A DNA stretch of 63,650 bases, the filler included, from Octopus bimaculoides (lineage: Eukaryota), in assembly GCF_001194135.2 (NCBI RefSeq). It is 4 parts of 3 records of this genome, joined end to end, with 100 filler letters (N's around TTAATTAATTAA, not from the genome) between each part and the next. Parts side by side here need not be neighbours in the genome. Positions count along the whole stretch, not along the records: positions 29,296 to 46,889 come from NC_068981.1; positions 46,990 to 63,650 come from NC_068986.1; 2 more parts are not named here. One strand, written 5' to 3'. Position numbers and translations under genes: made by a program. The notes beneath the pieces are model-generated. The model saw only the letters and a list, made by a program, of their open reading frames with translations. It was not told where the DNA came from and did not search any database. Positions 39,001 to 51,689 of this stretch are shown here, piece after piece; the stretch's first letter is position 1, and each line of letters opens with the position of its first letter.

Positions 39001-40449
39001 TACTTAAATAGAATAATATAACAGAAATTATCTAAATTTATATTATGTTCACGATTTCAACATACCTAAACTTGGAATGAAGCATTCATAAATTTCGAAA
39101 ATAGTAGAAAAAAAAATTGAAGCGTAAATTTATTGACAGAGAACAATGTGTATTTTTGTTGGAAGTCCTTTCGAAGATTGATACTGATTCTGGTGCTATT
39201 AAAAGTAAAAGTTTAGTTGAGAACTTGATTACTTTGTCACTGGTTTATGCCCGAGGATAATCGTAATTATTTATCCAATTTTGAAGAGGTAAACATTACT
39301 ATATTTAAAGAGTATGGATAGTGCTTATACGTTACCAATTGAAATTAGTTGTGAGAATAATGATAGATAAATTTCATGATTTTGGATAAGTTCCGTGTTG
39401 TTGGGGAAAGGGAAGACACGTGTTTCAGGACTGAATTTTATGTAACATTTTTTTTTTTTTTTCAACCGGGACGAAAAGTCAGTCTCGAATCACGATTTAC
39501 CGTCTGAAAACAACAAATAATTTTTCTAAATTCCTTCGCGTCTGAAATGATTGCCAAGTCAGATCAATATTAGTCACATTGCATTTTTGTCTAGGTATAT
39601 AAGTGAACAAGTTATGAATAAATAGACTTGTTAATAGTTTCAATAGATCCTCTTCAGCTCTTGTGATCGCTCACCAATATGAATGTAAAAGTTATTAAAT
39701 ACTCTCGCATATGAATGTAAAAGTTATTAAAATAAACAAAATTTCACAAGTTGCCTTTTAGTCTATGAAATAAAATAATGAAATGTACTTATCCATTGGT
39801 ACCTATGCTCTTTTCAATCATACATGTTTTCGAAGAGTTCATGAACATTTACCAAGCTTGGAGTTTCACAAAATTTGGAGAGCTCATAACCTGCCAATGA
39901 CAATATGATTCCCAAAACAAAATAACCATCTTGATAGTGTGTATGCATGAGTGTAAGTGTGTGTGTGCTTCTGTGCATCTGTATGTGTGTGCACTTGTGC
40001 TTGTCTGTGTGTGTGTGTGTGTGCATCTGTGTGAGCGTCGCTATCTGTATACCTGCGTGCCTGTGTATCTGTGAGTTTTCAAGTTTATCCTCTACCACCA
40101 CTTGATAAATAACATTGGCCTTTTTAAGTCACTGTAACATAACTTTTCGTCAAAAGAGATGACAGTTTAAGTACCCTGCCTACAAACATTTAACCACAAG
40201 GTTTCAATTAGTTCGACTGAAACCCTTGAAGATTGTGACGTAGCTGCAGTCGAATGGCTGAAAGAATTAAAACATATGAGTGTGTGCGTTTATGTACATA
40301 CTTATGTATGTATGTATGAATGTATGTATGTATGTAGTATGTATGTATGTATGTATGCATGCATGTATGTAGGCAGATATCTGTGTACGTGTATGTTTCT
40401 ATCCATCTATCTATTCTATCTATCAATATGTGTGTGTGCGTGTGTAAAG

Positions 40450-40610
40450 ATTGTGTGGCTCTGTGGTTAGAATCTTGTTTTTCTACCACGTGGCTCCGGG
40501 TTCAGTCCCACTGCATGAGGTCTTGGACAATTGTTTCTACTATAGTCTCAGGCACACCAAAGCCTTCTTAGTGGAATTGGTAGATGCAAACTCAAAGAAT
40601 CCGGTCGTAT
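40450..40610 (+). mobile_element. Degenerate 5' part of SINE family A
   Basis: CCGGGTTCAGTCCCACTGCAT...CTACTATAG...CCAAAGCC...GTCGTATAT. Confidence 0.8.
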
Positions 40611-41037
40611 ATACATACATACATACATACATACATACATACAGGAGTGCAGTCTTACAGTCTTTAAGTTGAAACATGCCAAAAGCTAAAACGTGGATTT
40701 CTTTGCAGATGTCATGAAACACGTGTTGCCTTCCGGTACTAAAAGTGTTTCTTTTTTCCGTTATCTGATTGATTGCATTTTGTGACGTTGGAAAATAATT
40801 TAAGATATATTTAATCATTTATTCAATTAATGTACTGATGCATCCTCTCACTATATTAATTATTATCCATATTGTTTATCACACAGGTGTTTCGTGCGTT
40901 GGAAAGGAAATAGATAGAGTACTAAATGTCTTTATATTGTTGTTTTATTTTCCGTAAACAGCGAAAAGTATAACGAATTACTAAATATATCTATTTGAAA
41001 ATAATTATCATAAAAAGCATTCACTCTCGAGTTCCAA

Positions 41038-41106
<69 letters not shown>

Positions 41107-41289
41107 CATATATGTATGCGGATATATTGTTGTGTCTGTGGACAGTCACTGTGTTTTGTGCCTTATTTAAAACACTCACCGGTTTAGCTTCACCTCATTT
41201 ACTTCTTAGAATGGCTCTTCCCAAACACTACAAAATAGATTTCAACACACGAACTCACATAAACAATCTTGCAAACCAAATCCAAACAC

Positions 41290-41324
<35 letters not shown>

Positions 41325-41716
41325 NNNNNNNNNNNNNNNNNNNNNNNNNNNNNNNNNNNNNNNNNNNNNNNNNNNNNNNNNNNNNNNNNNNNNNNNNNNN
41401 NNNNNNNNNNNNNNNNNNNNNNNNNNNNNNNNNNNNNNNNNNNNNNNNNNNNNNNNNNNNNNNNNNNNNNNNNNNNNNNNNNNNNNNNNNNNNNNNNNNN
41501 NNNNNNNNNNNNNNNNNNNNNNNNNNNNNNNNNNNNNNNNNNNNNNNNNNNNNNNNNNNNNNNNNNNNNNNNNNNNNNNNNNNNNNNNNNNNNNNNNNNN
41601 NNNNNNNNNNNNNNNNNNNNNNNNNNNNNNNNNNNNNNNNNNNNNNNNNNNNNNNNNNNNNNNNNNNNNNNNNNNNNNNNNNNNNNNNNNNNNNNNNNNN
41701 NNNNNNNNNNNNNNNN

Positions 41717-41761
<45 letters not shown>

Positions 41762-42021
41762 TTCGTACATATACATATATGCACACGTCAATATATGTAA
41801 GTATGTAGATAAGAAGTCTGATCCTTAAGTATCTGCTCTGTTGCTATAGTAACGAATCTAAAACATGCAGAGCAAAGCCACATGGCACGGATTGACCTTA
41901 AGCTCTGCTGCGCAGGCGCACCTAATTTTAACGTACTAGTTAGATTCCGCTGTTTAGAACAGTGCTTGGAACGAAAGTGTATAGCGTGTGACAGTCGCAT
42001 TGACCTTGACAACGAATTAGC

Positions 42022-42345
42022 ATGACGTTAGCTGCTCAGAGGTCTACGCAAATTTGCACAAAGTGTAAGAACCTCGCAGAAGTGTACGAGGGGTTGACAT
42101 GTTTCCAAGAGTGTCCAAAAGTTGTCGATATTGATGAACGTTCTGTGGGACCGGCACCCAGCAGAACTGAGAAAAACATCGCGGATGCGCGTGCAGTTGT
42201 GTGGGGAAATCCTTGAATCGGCATACATGAGATAGGAGAAGATGTGCAGATTACATGCGTTTTAGTTCAGGCCTTATAACTGAAGATTTGAGTATGAGAG
42301 TCCTTCCTGCCAATTTTGTGCCAAAACTGTCTTTCTCTGACCTGA
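42022..42345 (+). pseudogene. Mariner transposase N-terminal relic
   Basis: EVYEG..CFQEC..VVDIDERSVGP..SRTEKNI, then TEDLSMR...NFVPKL, matching mariner VY.W..RF..G...VEDDERSGRP and KFVP.LL. Confidence 0.7.
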
Positions 42346-42694
42346 AAAACACTCTGGATTCAGTAGATTGTGTCGAGAACGATGAATGTTTTTTTCAAAA
42401 CTTTGAGTAGGGCTCTGAGTAGTATCCCAAGTTTTGGGTAGTTCTGACGCTGATTCTGTCTTCATCTTTCTCCGTCATGGTGAATGCGATGATCGCATGC
42501 TACACGCCTTCTTTCCAAACACTGCTGTGAGCAGCTGGAGTGAGTTAGCACTTTAAAACTTAGAACTCTTGCAAAGCAGAGTCCAAGGCCAATTTTGTGC
42601 CAAACTGTTTCTCTCTCAGTGCTTTAATTTTGTTATTGAGCAACAGTCCAAGTACTGATTTATTAAACCACTTATACACACACACATGCATATA

Positions 42695-42725
<31 letters not shown>

Positions 42726-43201
42726 NNNNNNNNNNNNNNNNNNNNNNNNNNNNNNNNNNNNNNNNNNNNNNNNNNNNNNNNNNNNNNNNNNNNNNNNNNN
42801 NNNNNNNNNNNNNNNNNNNNNNNNNNNNNNNNNNNNNNNNNNNNNNNNNNNNNNNNNNNNNNNNNNNNNNNNNNNNNNNNNNNNNNNNNNNNNNNNNNNN
42901 NNNNNNNNNNNNNNNNNNNNNNNNNNNNNNNNNNNNNNNNNNNNNNNNNNNNNNNNNNNNNNNNNNNNNNNNNNNNNNNNNNNNNNNNNNNNNNNNNNNN
43001 NNNNNNNNNNNNNNNNNNNNNNNNNNNNNNNNNNNNNNNNNNNNNNNNNNNNNNNNNNNNNNNNNNNNNNNNNNNNNNNNNNNNNNNNNNNNNNNNNNNN
43101 NNNNNNNNNNNNNNNNNNNNNNNNNNNNNNNNNNNNNNNNNNNNNNNNNNNNNNNNNNNNNNNNNNNNNNNNNNNNNNNNNNNNNNNNNNNNNNNNNNNN
43201 N

Positions 43202-43239
<38 letters not shown>

Positions 43240-43466
43240 AGTAACTACCGACTCAGTATTATAGAAATCTTGAGTACTAACATTGAGAGAAGAAGAAATT
43301 TGCTATTATCTAACGAAGAACTATTTAATAAACACAATGACTATTCTATCATGAAATATGAAGTTAAGTATAACTAGGACCACAATACAAGTAAAAATCA
43401 TATTAAATATAATTACATAAACGATAAATATAATTACATAAATAATAATAAATTTAAACTAGAAAC

Positions 43467-43818
43467 TTAAATACCTATAAAGAAAAAGTATACGCTCCTA
43501 AATAAATAACGAAAACTCCCAATAGTACTCATTAGCATAACAATAATGGTAAACAGGACAATCATCAAGATAATAATGATATAAAGAAATTTATGCATGA
43601 TGACCACTATAACATAAATAAAATTGATAATAAGAATAAGATTCTCTGAAATTATCAACTTTCTGACCACCATAATATATCTAAACCCCAAAATACTAAT
43701 ACCGTAAATACCAACTCTATAATTAAATAAGCTAATTGGAACATAAAGATAACAATCAAGAAACACATGGATAACCAAAGACAACAATAAGGGTAAGGAA
43801 AACAATAGTAATAAAATT
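43467..43818 (-). CDS. Hydrophobic mitochondrial-like ORF fragment (possible NUMT or foreign sequence); product unassigned
   Basis: Open ~116 codons up to the gap; nearly all I/L/F/V/M/Y/S; strongly T-skewed strand; 4 of 5 Arg codons are AGA/AGG (Ser in code 5). No diagnostic motif confirmed. Confidence 0.3.
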
Positions 43819-44813
43819 NNNNNNNNNNNNNNNNNNNNNNNNNNNNNNNNNNNNNNNNNNNNNNNNNNNNNNNNNNNNNNNNNNNNNNNNNNNNNNNNNN
43901 NNNNNNNNNNNNNNNNNNNNNNNNNNNNNNNNNNNNNNNNNNNNNNNNNNNNNNNNNNNNNNNNNNNNNNNNNNNNNNNNNNNNNNNNNNNNNNNNNNNN
44001 NNNNNNNNNNNNNNNNNNNNNNNNNNNNNNNNNNNNNNNNNNNNNNNNNNNNNNNNNNNNNNNNNNNNNNNNNNNNNNNNNNNNNNNNNNNNNNNNNNNN
44101 NNNNNNNNNNNNNNNNNNNNNNNNNNNNNNNNNNNNNNNNNNNNNNNNNNNNNNNNNNNNNNNNNNNNNNNNNNNNNNNNNNNNNNNNNNNNNNNNNNNN
44201 NNNNNNNNNNNNNNNNNNNNNNNNNNNNNNNNNNNNNNNNNNNNNNNNNNNNNNNNNNNNNNNNNNNNNNNNNNNNNNNNNNNNNNNNNNNNNNNNNNNN
44301 NNNNNNNNNNNNNNNNNNNNNNNNNNNNNNNNNNNNNNNNNNNNNNNNNNNNNNNNNNNNNNNNNNNNNNNNNNNNNNNNNNNNNNNNNNNNNNNNNNNN
44401 NNNNNNNNNNNNNNNNNNNNNNNNNNNNNNNNNNNNNNNNNNNNNNNNNNNNNNNNNNNNNNNNNNNNNNNNNNNNNNNNNNNNNNNNNNNNNNNNNNNN
44501 NNNNNNNNNNNNNNNNNNNNNNNNNNNNNNNNNNNNNNNNNNNNNNNNNNNNNNNNNNNNNNNNNNNNNNNNNNNNNNNNNNNNNNNNNNNNNNNNNNNN
44601 NNNNNNNNNNNNNNNNNNNNNNNNNNNNNNNNNNNNNNNNNNNNNNNNNNNNNNNNNNNNNNNNNNNNNNNNNNNNNNNNNNNNNNNNNNNNNNNNNNNN
44701 NNNNNNNNNNNNNNNNNNNNNNNNNNNNNNNNNNNNNNNNNNNNNNNNNNNNNNNNNNNNNNNNTCTTCTTCTTCTTCTTCTTCTTCTTCTTCTTCTTCT
44801 TCTTCTTCTTCTA

Positions 44814-44864
<51 letters not shown>

Positions 44865-44976
44865 GTTCAGTAGTTTTATTTTTATAACATGCTTTCACTT
44901 CACTACCGAGCGCAGCTCTGTGCGCCTTGGGTATGTGCTGTGGTTTGCTGTGGTGCTCTTATGGTTACTGTATTGA
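44865..44976 (-). mobile_element. 3' end of non-LTR element embedded in (TAA)n (Dong/R4-like, by recall)
   Basis: Near-identical to 59902-59992; (TAT)n on both sides; minus strand starts TCA ATA CAG TAA, which I recall as the end of such an ORF. Confidence 0.6.
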
Positions 44977-46516
44977 TTATTAATATTATTATTATTATTA
45001 TTGATATTAAATACTTCAGGAAATATATATGGTTATTGTAATATATTTAGAATAATCCAACGGAATATATCTATAAATTCTTATCATATCACACTTATTA
45101 CTGGATTTATATGCTAACCGTAGAATAACCTATTTTTGAATAACTAATTCTGAGCAAAACGGTAAATGTCTGGAGAAATCCCTTACTGATTACCAATGTG
45201 CGTGTATGTGTTCGTGCGTGTGTGTGTACACACACACACACACTCACACACACACACACACACACNNNNNNNNNNNNNNNNNNNNNNNNNNNNNNNNNNN
45301 NNNNNNNNNNNNNNNNNNNNNNNNNNNNNNNNNNNNNNNNNNNNNNNNNNNNNNNNNNNNNNNNNNNNNNNNNNNNNNNNNNNNNNNNNNNNNNNNNNNN
45401 NNNNNNNNNNNNNNNNNNNNNNNNNNNNNNNNNNNNNNNNNNNNNNNNNNNNNNNNNNNNNNNNNNNNNNNNNNNNNNNNNNNNNNNNNNNNNNNNNNNN
45501 NNNNNNNNNNNNNNNNNNNNNNNNNNNNNNNNNNNNNNNNNNNNNNNNNNNNNNNNNNNNNNNNNNNNNNNNNNNNNNNNNNNNNNNNNNNNNNNNNNNN
45601 NNNNNNNNNNNNNNNNNNNNNNNNNNNNNNNNNNNNNNNNNNNNNNNNNNNNNNNNNNNNNNNNNNNNNNNNNNNNNNNNNNNNNNNNNNNNNNNNNNNN
45701 NNNNNNNNNNNNNNNNNNNNNNNNNNNNNNNNNNNNNNNNNNNNNNNNNNNNNNNNNNNNNNNNNNNNNNNNNNNNNNNNNNNNNNNNNNNNNNNNNNNN
45801 NNNNNNNNNNNNNNNNNNNNNNNNNNNNNNNNNNNNNNNNNNNNNNNNNNNNNNNNNNNNNNNNNNNNNNNNNNNNNNNNNNNNNNNNNNNNNNNNNNNN
45901 NNNNNNNNNNNNNNNNNNNNNNNNNNNNNNNNNNNNNNNNNNNNNNNNNNNNNNNNNNNNNNNNNNNNNNNNNNNNNNNNNNNNNNNNNNNNNNNNNNNN
46001 NNNNNNNNNNNNNNNNNNNNNNNNNNNNNNNNNNNNNNNNNNNNNNNNNNNNNNNNNNNNNNNNNNNNNNNNNNNNNNNNNNNNNNNNNNNNNNNNNNNN
46101 NNNNNNNNNNNNNNNNNNNNNNNNNNNNNNNNNNNNNNNNNNNNNNNNNNNNNNNNNNNNNNNNCTTAAGTAATTGTCTTAAAAGAAATGCCAGTAATAT
46201 ACAAACGGAATGTAGATATTATGCTGTCTAAATTCTTATTTTTCTACATCACATGCAAGATAGTTTGCCAAAACACGTGAACGGAATGTGATAGTTATAA
46301 TACTGTGCTCTATATGTCTCTACATTACAATGTAGCATTGTCTTTGAAACATTTTGTGACCATATCTGGTCTCAATGCATTCCATATTGTATTGCTCTGA
46401 TGTGCTTTACTACTGGGTGTAATAGCTTCTCGTTTATCCTTCAGTTTCACTAGGTGACATATCTCGGTTGGTAATGCCCATCACCCTTTGGAAATAGTTC
46501 TAAACAAGAACAATGG

Positions 46517-46889
46517 TTGTCATGCTATCATACGAGTCATTTCATAAGCACACACAATCATGCTCTCCTGTTTCCAGACACATACTTTCGCCAAAAATGT
46601 GGTATCGCGATGGGTACTAAAGCTGCACCAGTCCTTGCGAACCTCATTTTTTTTTTTTTTGAATTAACACTATATGAAACCTCACGCCAGAAATTTGGAC
46701 ACCTTTTCCACATCATTTTAATGGATAACTGGAAAAGATATTTGGATGATTGTTTCATCATATGGAAGGAACCCTATGAAAAACTTCTAGAATTCAAATC
46801 CATACTTAATAACATACATCCCAGCATTCAATTCACTATGGAATTCAGCAAACATCATCTCCCTTTTCTTGATCTCTTAATTATAAAAA
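46517..46889 (+). pseudogene. Penelope-like element reverse transcriptase fragment
   Basis: YFRQKCGIAMGTKAAPVLANL...WKRYLDDCFIIW...LNNIHPSIQFTMEFS...LPFLD are characteristic PLE RT motifs; cut by gap. Confidence 0.9.
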
Positions 46890-46989
46890 NNNNNNNNNNN
46901 NNNNNNNNNNNNNNNNNNNNNNNNNNNNNNNNNTTAATTAATTAANNNNNNNNNNNNNNNNNNNNNNNNNNNNNNNNNNNNNNNNNNNN

Positions 46990-47235
46990 GGCGCAGGAGC
47001 AGTCGTGTGGATATGTGCAGGAGCGACTGTGTGGACAGGTGCAGGAGGGGCTGTGTGGACAGGCGCAGGACTCGCTGTGTGGTAAGAAGCTTGCTTCTCA
47101 ACCGGGTTCAGTCCCACTGCATGGCACCTTAGGCAAGTGTCTTCTACTATAGCTTCGGACCGACCAAAGAGTTGTGAGTGGATTTGGTAGACGGAAACTG
47201 AAAGAAGCCCGTCGTATATATATATATACGTATAT
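46990..47235 (+). mobile_element. SINE family A 5' half with four tandem copies of its 24-bp head
   Basis: Units at 46991, 47015, 47039 and 47063, consensus G(C/T)GCAGGAG..GCTGTGTGGACAG, followed by the normal body. Confidence 0.9.
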
Positions 47236-47344
47236 GCGTAGGCTCGAAACGTAAAAGACATTTTCACCTTCCCGAGCGTTAAACTAACACACCTGTTTGT
47301 TGTTTACACACCTGTCTACGTCTTTTATTTTTCTGTAAATTTCA

Positions 47345-47392
<48 letters not shown>

Positions 47393-47461
47393 ACCACCAC
47401 ACACACATTTTTTTCTATCTCCTTGTTTCTTTCTGTGTTCCTTTCTGTGGAAGAGCGTAGG
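47236..47461 (+). mobile_element. ~219-bp head-to-tail unit (Penelope pLTR/retrozyme-like) with split hammerhead-like motif
   Basis: GCGTAGG recurs at 47236 and 47455; the joined motif is CTTT-CTGTGGA-A-GAGC-GTAG-GCTC-GAAAC-GT-A-AAAG. Confidence 0.6.
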
Positions 47462-47964
47462 NNNNNNNNNNNNNNNNNNNNNNNNNNNNNNNNNNNNNNN
47501 NNNNNNNNNNNNNNNNNNNNNNNNNNNNNNNNNNNNNNNNNNNNNNNNNNNNNNNNNNNNNNNNNNNNNNNNNNNNNNNNNNNNNNNNNNNNNNNNNNNN
47601 NNNNNNNNNNNNNNNNNNNNNNNNNNNNNNNNNNNNNNNNNNNNNNNNNNNNNNNNNNNNNNNNNNNNNNNNNNNNNNNNNNNNNNNNNNNNNNNNNNNN
47701 NNNNNNNNNNNNNNNNNNNNNNNNNNNNNNNNNNNNNNNNNNNNNNNNNNNNNNNNNNNNNNNNNNNNNNNNNNNNNNNNNNNNNNNNNNNNNNNNNNNN
47801 NNNNNNNNNNNNNNNNNNNNNNNNNNNNNNNNNNNNNNNNNNNNNNNNNNNNNNNNNNNNNNNNNNNNNNNNNNNNNNNNNNNNNNNNNNNNNNNNNNNN
47901 NNNNNNNNNNNNNNNNNNNNNNNNNNNNNNNNNNNNNNNNNNNNNNNNNNNNNNNNNNNNNNNN

Positions 47965-48200
47965 CGGTAGCAAGCTGGTAGAATCGTTAGCGTGGCGAGC
48001 AAAAAGCTTAGTGGCATTTCGTCGGTCTTTACGTTCTGAGTTCAAACTCCGCCGAGGTCGACTTTACCTTTCATCCTTTTGGGATCAATAAAATAAGCGC
48101 CGCCGCCGGTTTAATGTTATTTTTAACTGGGGTCGATGTAATCGACTAACTCGCTTCTCCAAAATTTCAGGCCTTGTGCCCTTAGTAAGAAAGGATATTC
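47965..48200 (+). mobile_element. SINE family B
   Basis: Head, B-box, core and GGCCTTGTGCC...AGAAAGGATATT tail. Confidence 0.88.
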
Positions 48201-48475
48201 TGAATGACATTTGGTTAAAACCTGACTCACCTAGGTAAGACTTTGGGAAGGCAATGCAGTTTAGTTTTACTTCCGACCAAAGTAATGGGAATTTGATACT
48301 AATTTCATTATTTGTGCATAAGTTATTGGGTCCATGATTAAATTTAGCTTGAATAGTTTGATTGATCTTCAATTCAATAAGGCTTCCTTGTAGCCTGATA
48401 TCATCATCAGCTACATTTGTCCCAAATTAGATTGTTCATTTCCAGTAGATCTTTGAACCTAATTTCCATGATATA

Positions 48476-48774
48476 CGTACCGAACGTCTTATCTGGAATC
48501 CAGAAATCCGGAATTATCAGAAATCCGGCTATTTTTCAATCTGGCTAGCTTTGAATTTCGCCGGCCATTTTATTATGGTTTCCACGGCACGTGCGTCACA
48601 CGACGCCAGATTAAACAGGCGCTGCTTTAGAAATATACTAACTTGTATATGTTATACAATTTTGTTCTTTACTTTTCGTAGTTTATTTCATATTTTCGGT
48701 ATATATTTAACCTGTGTCCCGAAATCCGGACCACCTCCGGTCCCAAGGTTGCCGGATAAGAGGTTTAGTATCTG
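48476..48774 (+). mobile_element. Tc1/mariner-type MITE, copy 1
   Basis: Imperfect TIR GTACCGAACGTCTTATCTGG / CCGGATAAGAGGTTTAGTA; homologous to 61673-62031 in the opposite orientation. Confidence 0.8.
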
Positions 48775-49734
48775 TGTTGTGCAATTTCTCAATTTATACA
48801 AAGAATCATTCTCTTTCAGCTTCTCCCCAATAATGATCAGGGCTGGAAGGAAAAGGCATCTCGAATAGTTTCGTATTTTTACCTTGTAACAGTTTGCTCA
48901 GCAGATTTATCTCCTAAATATATCCGAAAGACAGAATATGTCTCCTTTGGCAGTTAAGATTTCTTCTCCAAGTCGCATATTATACAGAAACATTACAGCG
49001 CCGCCACAAAGTTCAACGAAGCGACGCAGATAATTACCCGTAGAGATTGTTACCGGATGTGTGAACTACAAAGCCGTAACATATTTAATTCGTACAAGAT
49101 TTTTCAACGCCAACTTAATGCTTTATTTATCAATGTCAAATTATTATTGAAGTGTTAAATGAATCCTATTTTTTTTTCTTACGAAATTTAATATATAGAA
49201 AATACATTTTATGTATATGCTTGTGTCTGTGTGTATGCTTTTGCATATTAATTTTAAAGAATTACGGATAGTAAATGAAAACTTTTAGAACAAAACGCAG
49301 AGCAGTAATTGTGTAACCCCTTCATCGAATCTGTGGCTCCCATCTTATTCCAAAACTTTTCTGAGACCTCAATGAACGTTGACATGGCTCCTTTGGGGCC
49401 ATATTGACTTAGGCTGGGAAACACTGCTATAGAATATATCTATAGATTTATAGATAACATTGTATGTAACAACGGATAAAAATACGTAATGCTGCTATAA
49501 AAGAAGCTTTGTCAGAACTGTGTATCCTCTTTAACTATCCATGAACAGTGAATAGAAATCCTGACTGGTGATGCGCCAAGGACCGACATAATTCAAGCGA
49601 ACGTTTGGCGCGTTATGCGAGGCACTGAATGGTTAGATGGGTCATCAGGTGCAATATTTATCTTATAGACACGTATTCAAAATAATCTTTATCAGGATTC
49701 CTATAGGAGTAAGACATTATATTATCAGTGAATA

Positions 49735-49935
49735 GAGACATGGCAGATGATGTACCAAGGCTTGATATAATTTTATATGCCTTACGTCCTGAGTTCAAAT
49801 TCCGCCAAGGTCGACTTTGCCTTTCATCCTTTCGGAGTCGATAAGATAAGTACCAGTTGAATACTGGGGATCGATGTAATTAACTATCCCCACTCCAGAA
49901 TTCCCGGTCTTGTGCTTATAATAGAAAGGATCATC
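49735..49935 (+). mobile_element. SINE family B, degenerate head
   Basis: GAGTTCAAATTCCGCCAAGGTCGACTTTGCCTTTCATCCTTTCGG core and tail. Confidence 0.85.
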
Positions 49936-49936
49936 A

Positions 49937-49989
<53 letters not shown>

Positions 49990-50435
49990 GAGTCAGAGAG
50001 CAGTGCATGCCACCAAAGTGACACTGGGGTACAAACATACGAAGCCTAGTATACCCATCGTGACCACCCGCCTGATAAGAGTACACCAGGCATATGCTCA
50101 CAACCATATGTGTGCAACATGGTGGTTTCATATCAAGATAAACAGCGCATGACCTTGCAGGTGGGGGCCCAGTTAGAATTATCTTCAGTTGGAGTAGCCC
50201 ATCCTGCTCAAAAGGTCCCTGAATAAGGTTTGTTTCAAGGATGTTGAACGAAATACCCATGTTTCCAAAGGTGAATTATCCAAACCCCAAAGAATTCCTC
50301 TCAACACATGGCTATGATGCTCCCCCACTACTTCTACTCATGATCAGAGATGTACATATCGTCCGCCACTAAGGGACATGCTCAGCTGGTTTAGGTCAAA
50401 CAACTGACAAGTAAATCTGTGGTATTGAGCTGAAT
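49990..50435. mobile_element. Unclassified (TAA)n-embedded repeat, family D, truncated copy
   Basis: Aligns over ~445 bp with 61006-61450; TTA-type repeats on both sides. Confidence 0.88.
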
Positions 50436-51134
50436 AATAATTATTACTATTATTAATTTCTATAAAAATTTAATATAGAGATTACCACCGTGTTGTTATT
50501 GTTGTTGTTATTGCTGTTGTTGTTTTTTGCACATTGGTCAACACATCTGGAACCGACCTGTGATTAAGATTATTCCAGCCCCACTTCTCCGGCCTCAACA
50601 TGATTACATGATGTAATATGCGTTGAGCCCCGTTTTGCTTTTAATCAAAACAAATGTTCTGATTTGAGGGAGTTTTGGCTACTATTTCCACCGAGTCAAG
50701 CAACAGTGTGACGCTAGAAACAACAGAGCGCCAGACCTCATCTGAATTATATGCGCTATTTACTTGCATTCGTCATCATTTGAAAATCAGATCCCGCCGT
50801 GATCGATTTTGCTATGATCATCACAGCCATAAATAAAACGCAATATAATCAATATAGTTTGCCGATATCCGATCTTGCAAATTTGTCGACATTTTTTCTT
50901 CCCTCGGAAGAAATCGATATTCTTTGACAATCTATGGAACTGAGGTATGTCATTATGACATAAGGATTTCATTTTTGATGAAAAAGCAGAAAGGCGATCA
51001 GGTTCGATATGAATATTTGAGAAAAAATTAGCTGAGTTCAATAAATATTTTGCATCCTCTATGAGTACTACATGCAGAAAAAGAGAAAGTGCTTAGATAT
51101 ATACATACATACATACATACATACATACATACAT

Positions 51135-51270
51135 GCGAAAATACCCTGTTGTTGATGTTGAAATTCCAATAAAGGAGCCTTGGATCTAGGTTAGAAACTG
51201 GCTCTTTCTCTATTGACATGAAATCTTAAAATTAAACTGAATAATAACATACATACATACAGCCACACTC
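51135..51270 (+). mobile_element. Probable CR1-like LINE 3' tail with (ACAT)n
   Basis: Short unique segment between ACAT repeats; recognised from recall only, no second copy in the window. Confidence 0.4.
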
Positions 51271-51352
51271 AAACATACATATATATATATGCACTTGGAT
51301 ATGGATGCGCAGCATTCAATCAAATAATGATACACACACACACACACACACA

Positions 51353-51689
51353 TACTCTTTTTTACTCTTTTACTTGTTTCAGTCATTTGACTGCGGCCAT
51401 GCTGGAGCACCGCCTTTAGTCGAGCAAATCGACCCCGGGACTTATTCGTTGTAAGCCTAGTACTTATTCTATCGGTCTCTTTTTGCCGAACCGCTAAGTG
51501 ACGGGGACATAAACACACCAGCATCGATTGTCAAGCAATGCTAGGAGGACAAACACAGACACACAAACACACACATATATATATATATACATATATACGA
51601 CGGGCTTCTTTCAGTTTCCGTCTACCAAATCCACTCACAAGGCTTTGGTCGGCCCGAGGCTATAGTAGAAGACACTTGCCCAAGGTGCC
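51353..51689 (-). mobile_element. SINE family A, young copy (head in gap)
   Basis: Reverse complement of family A with CpGs intact. Confidence 0.95.

Noticed and set aside
39814-39930. Protein-like C-terminal part of minus ORF (GYELSKFCETPSL...)
   Set aside because: Short, abuts a (CA)n repeat, no independent support.
49985-50260. 91-aa ORF in family D
   Set aside because: No recognisable motif; lies in a dispersed repeat with indels between copies.
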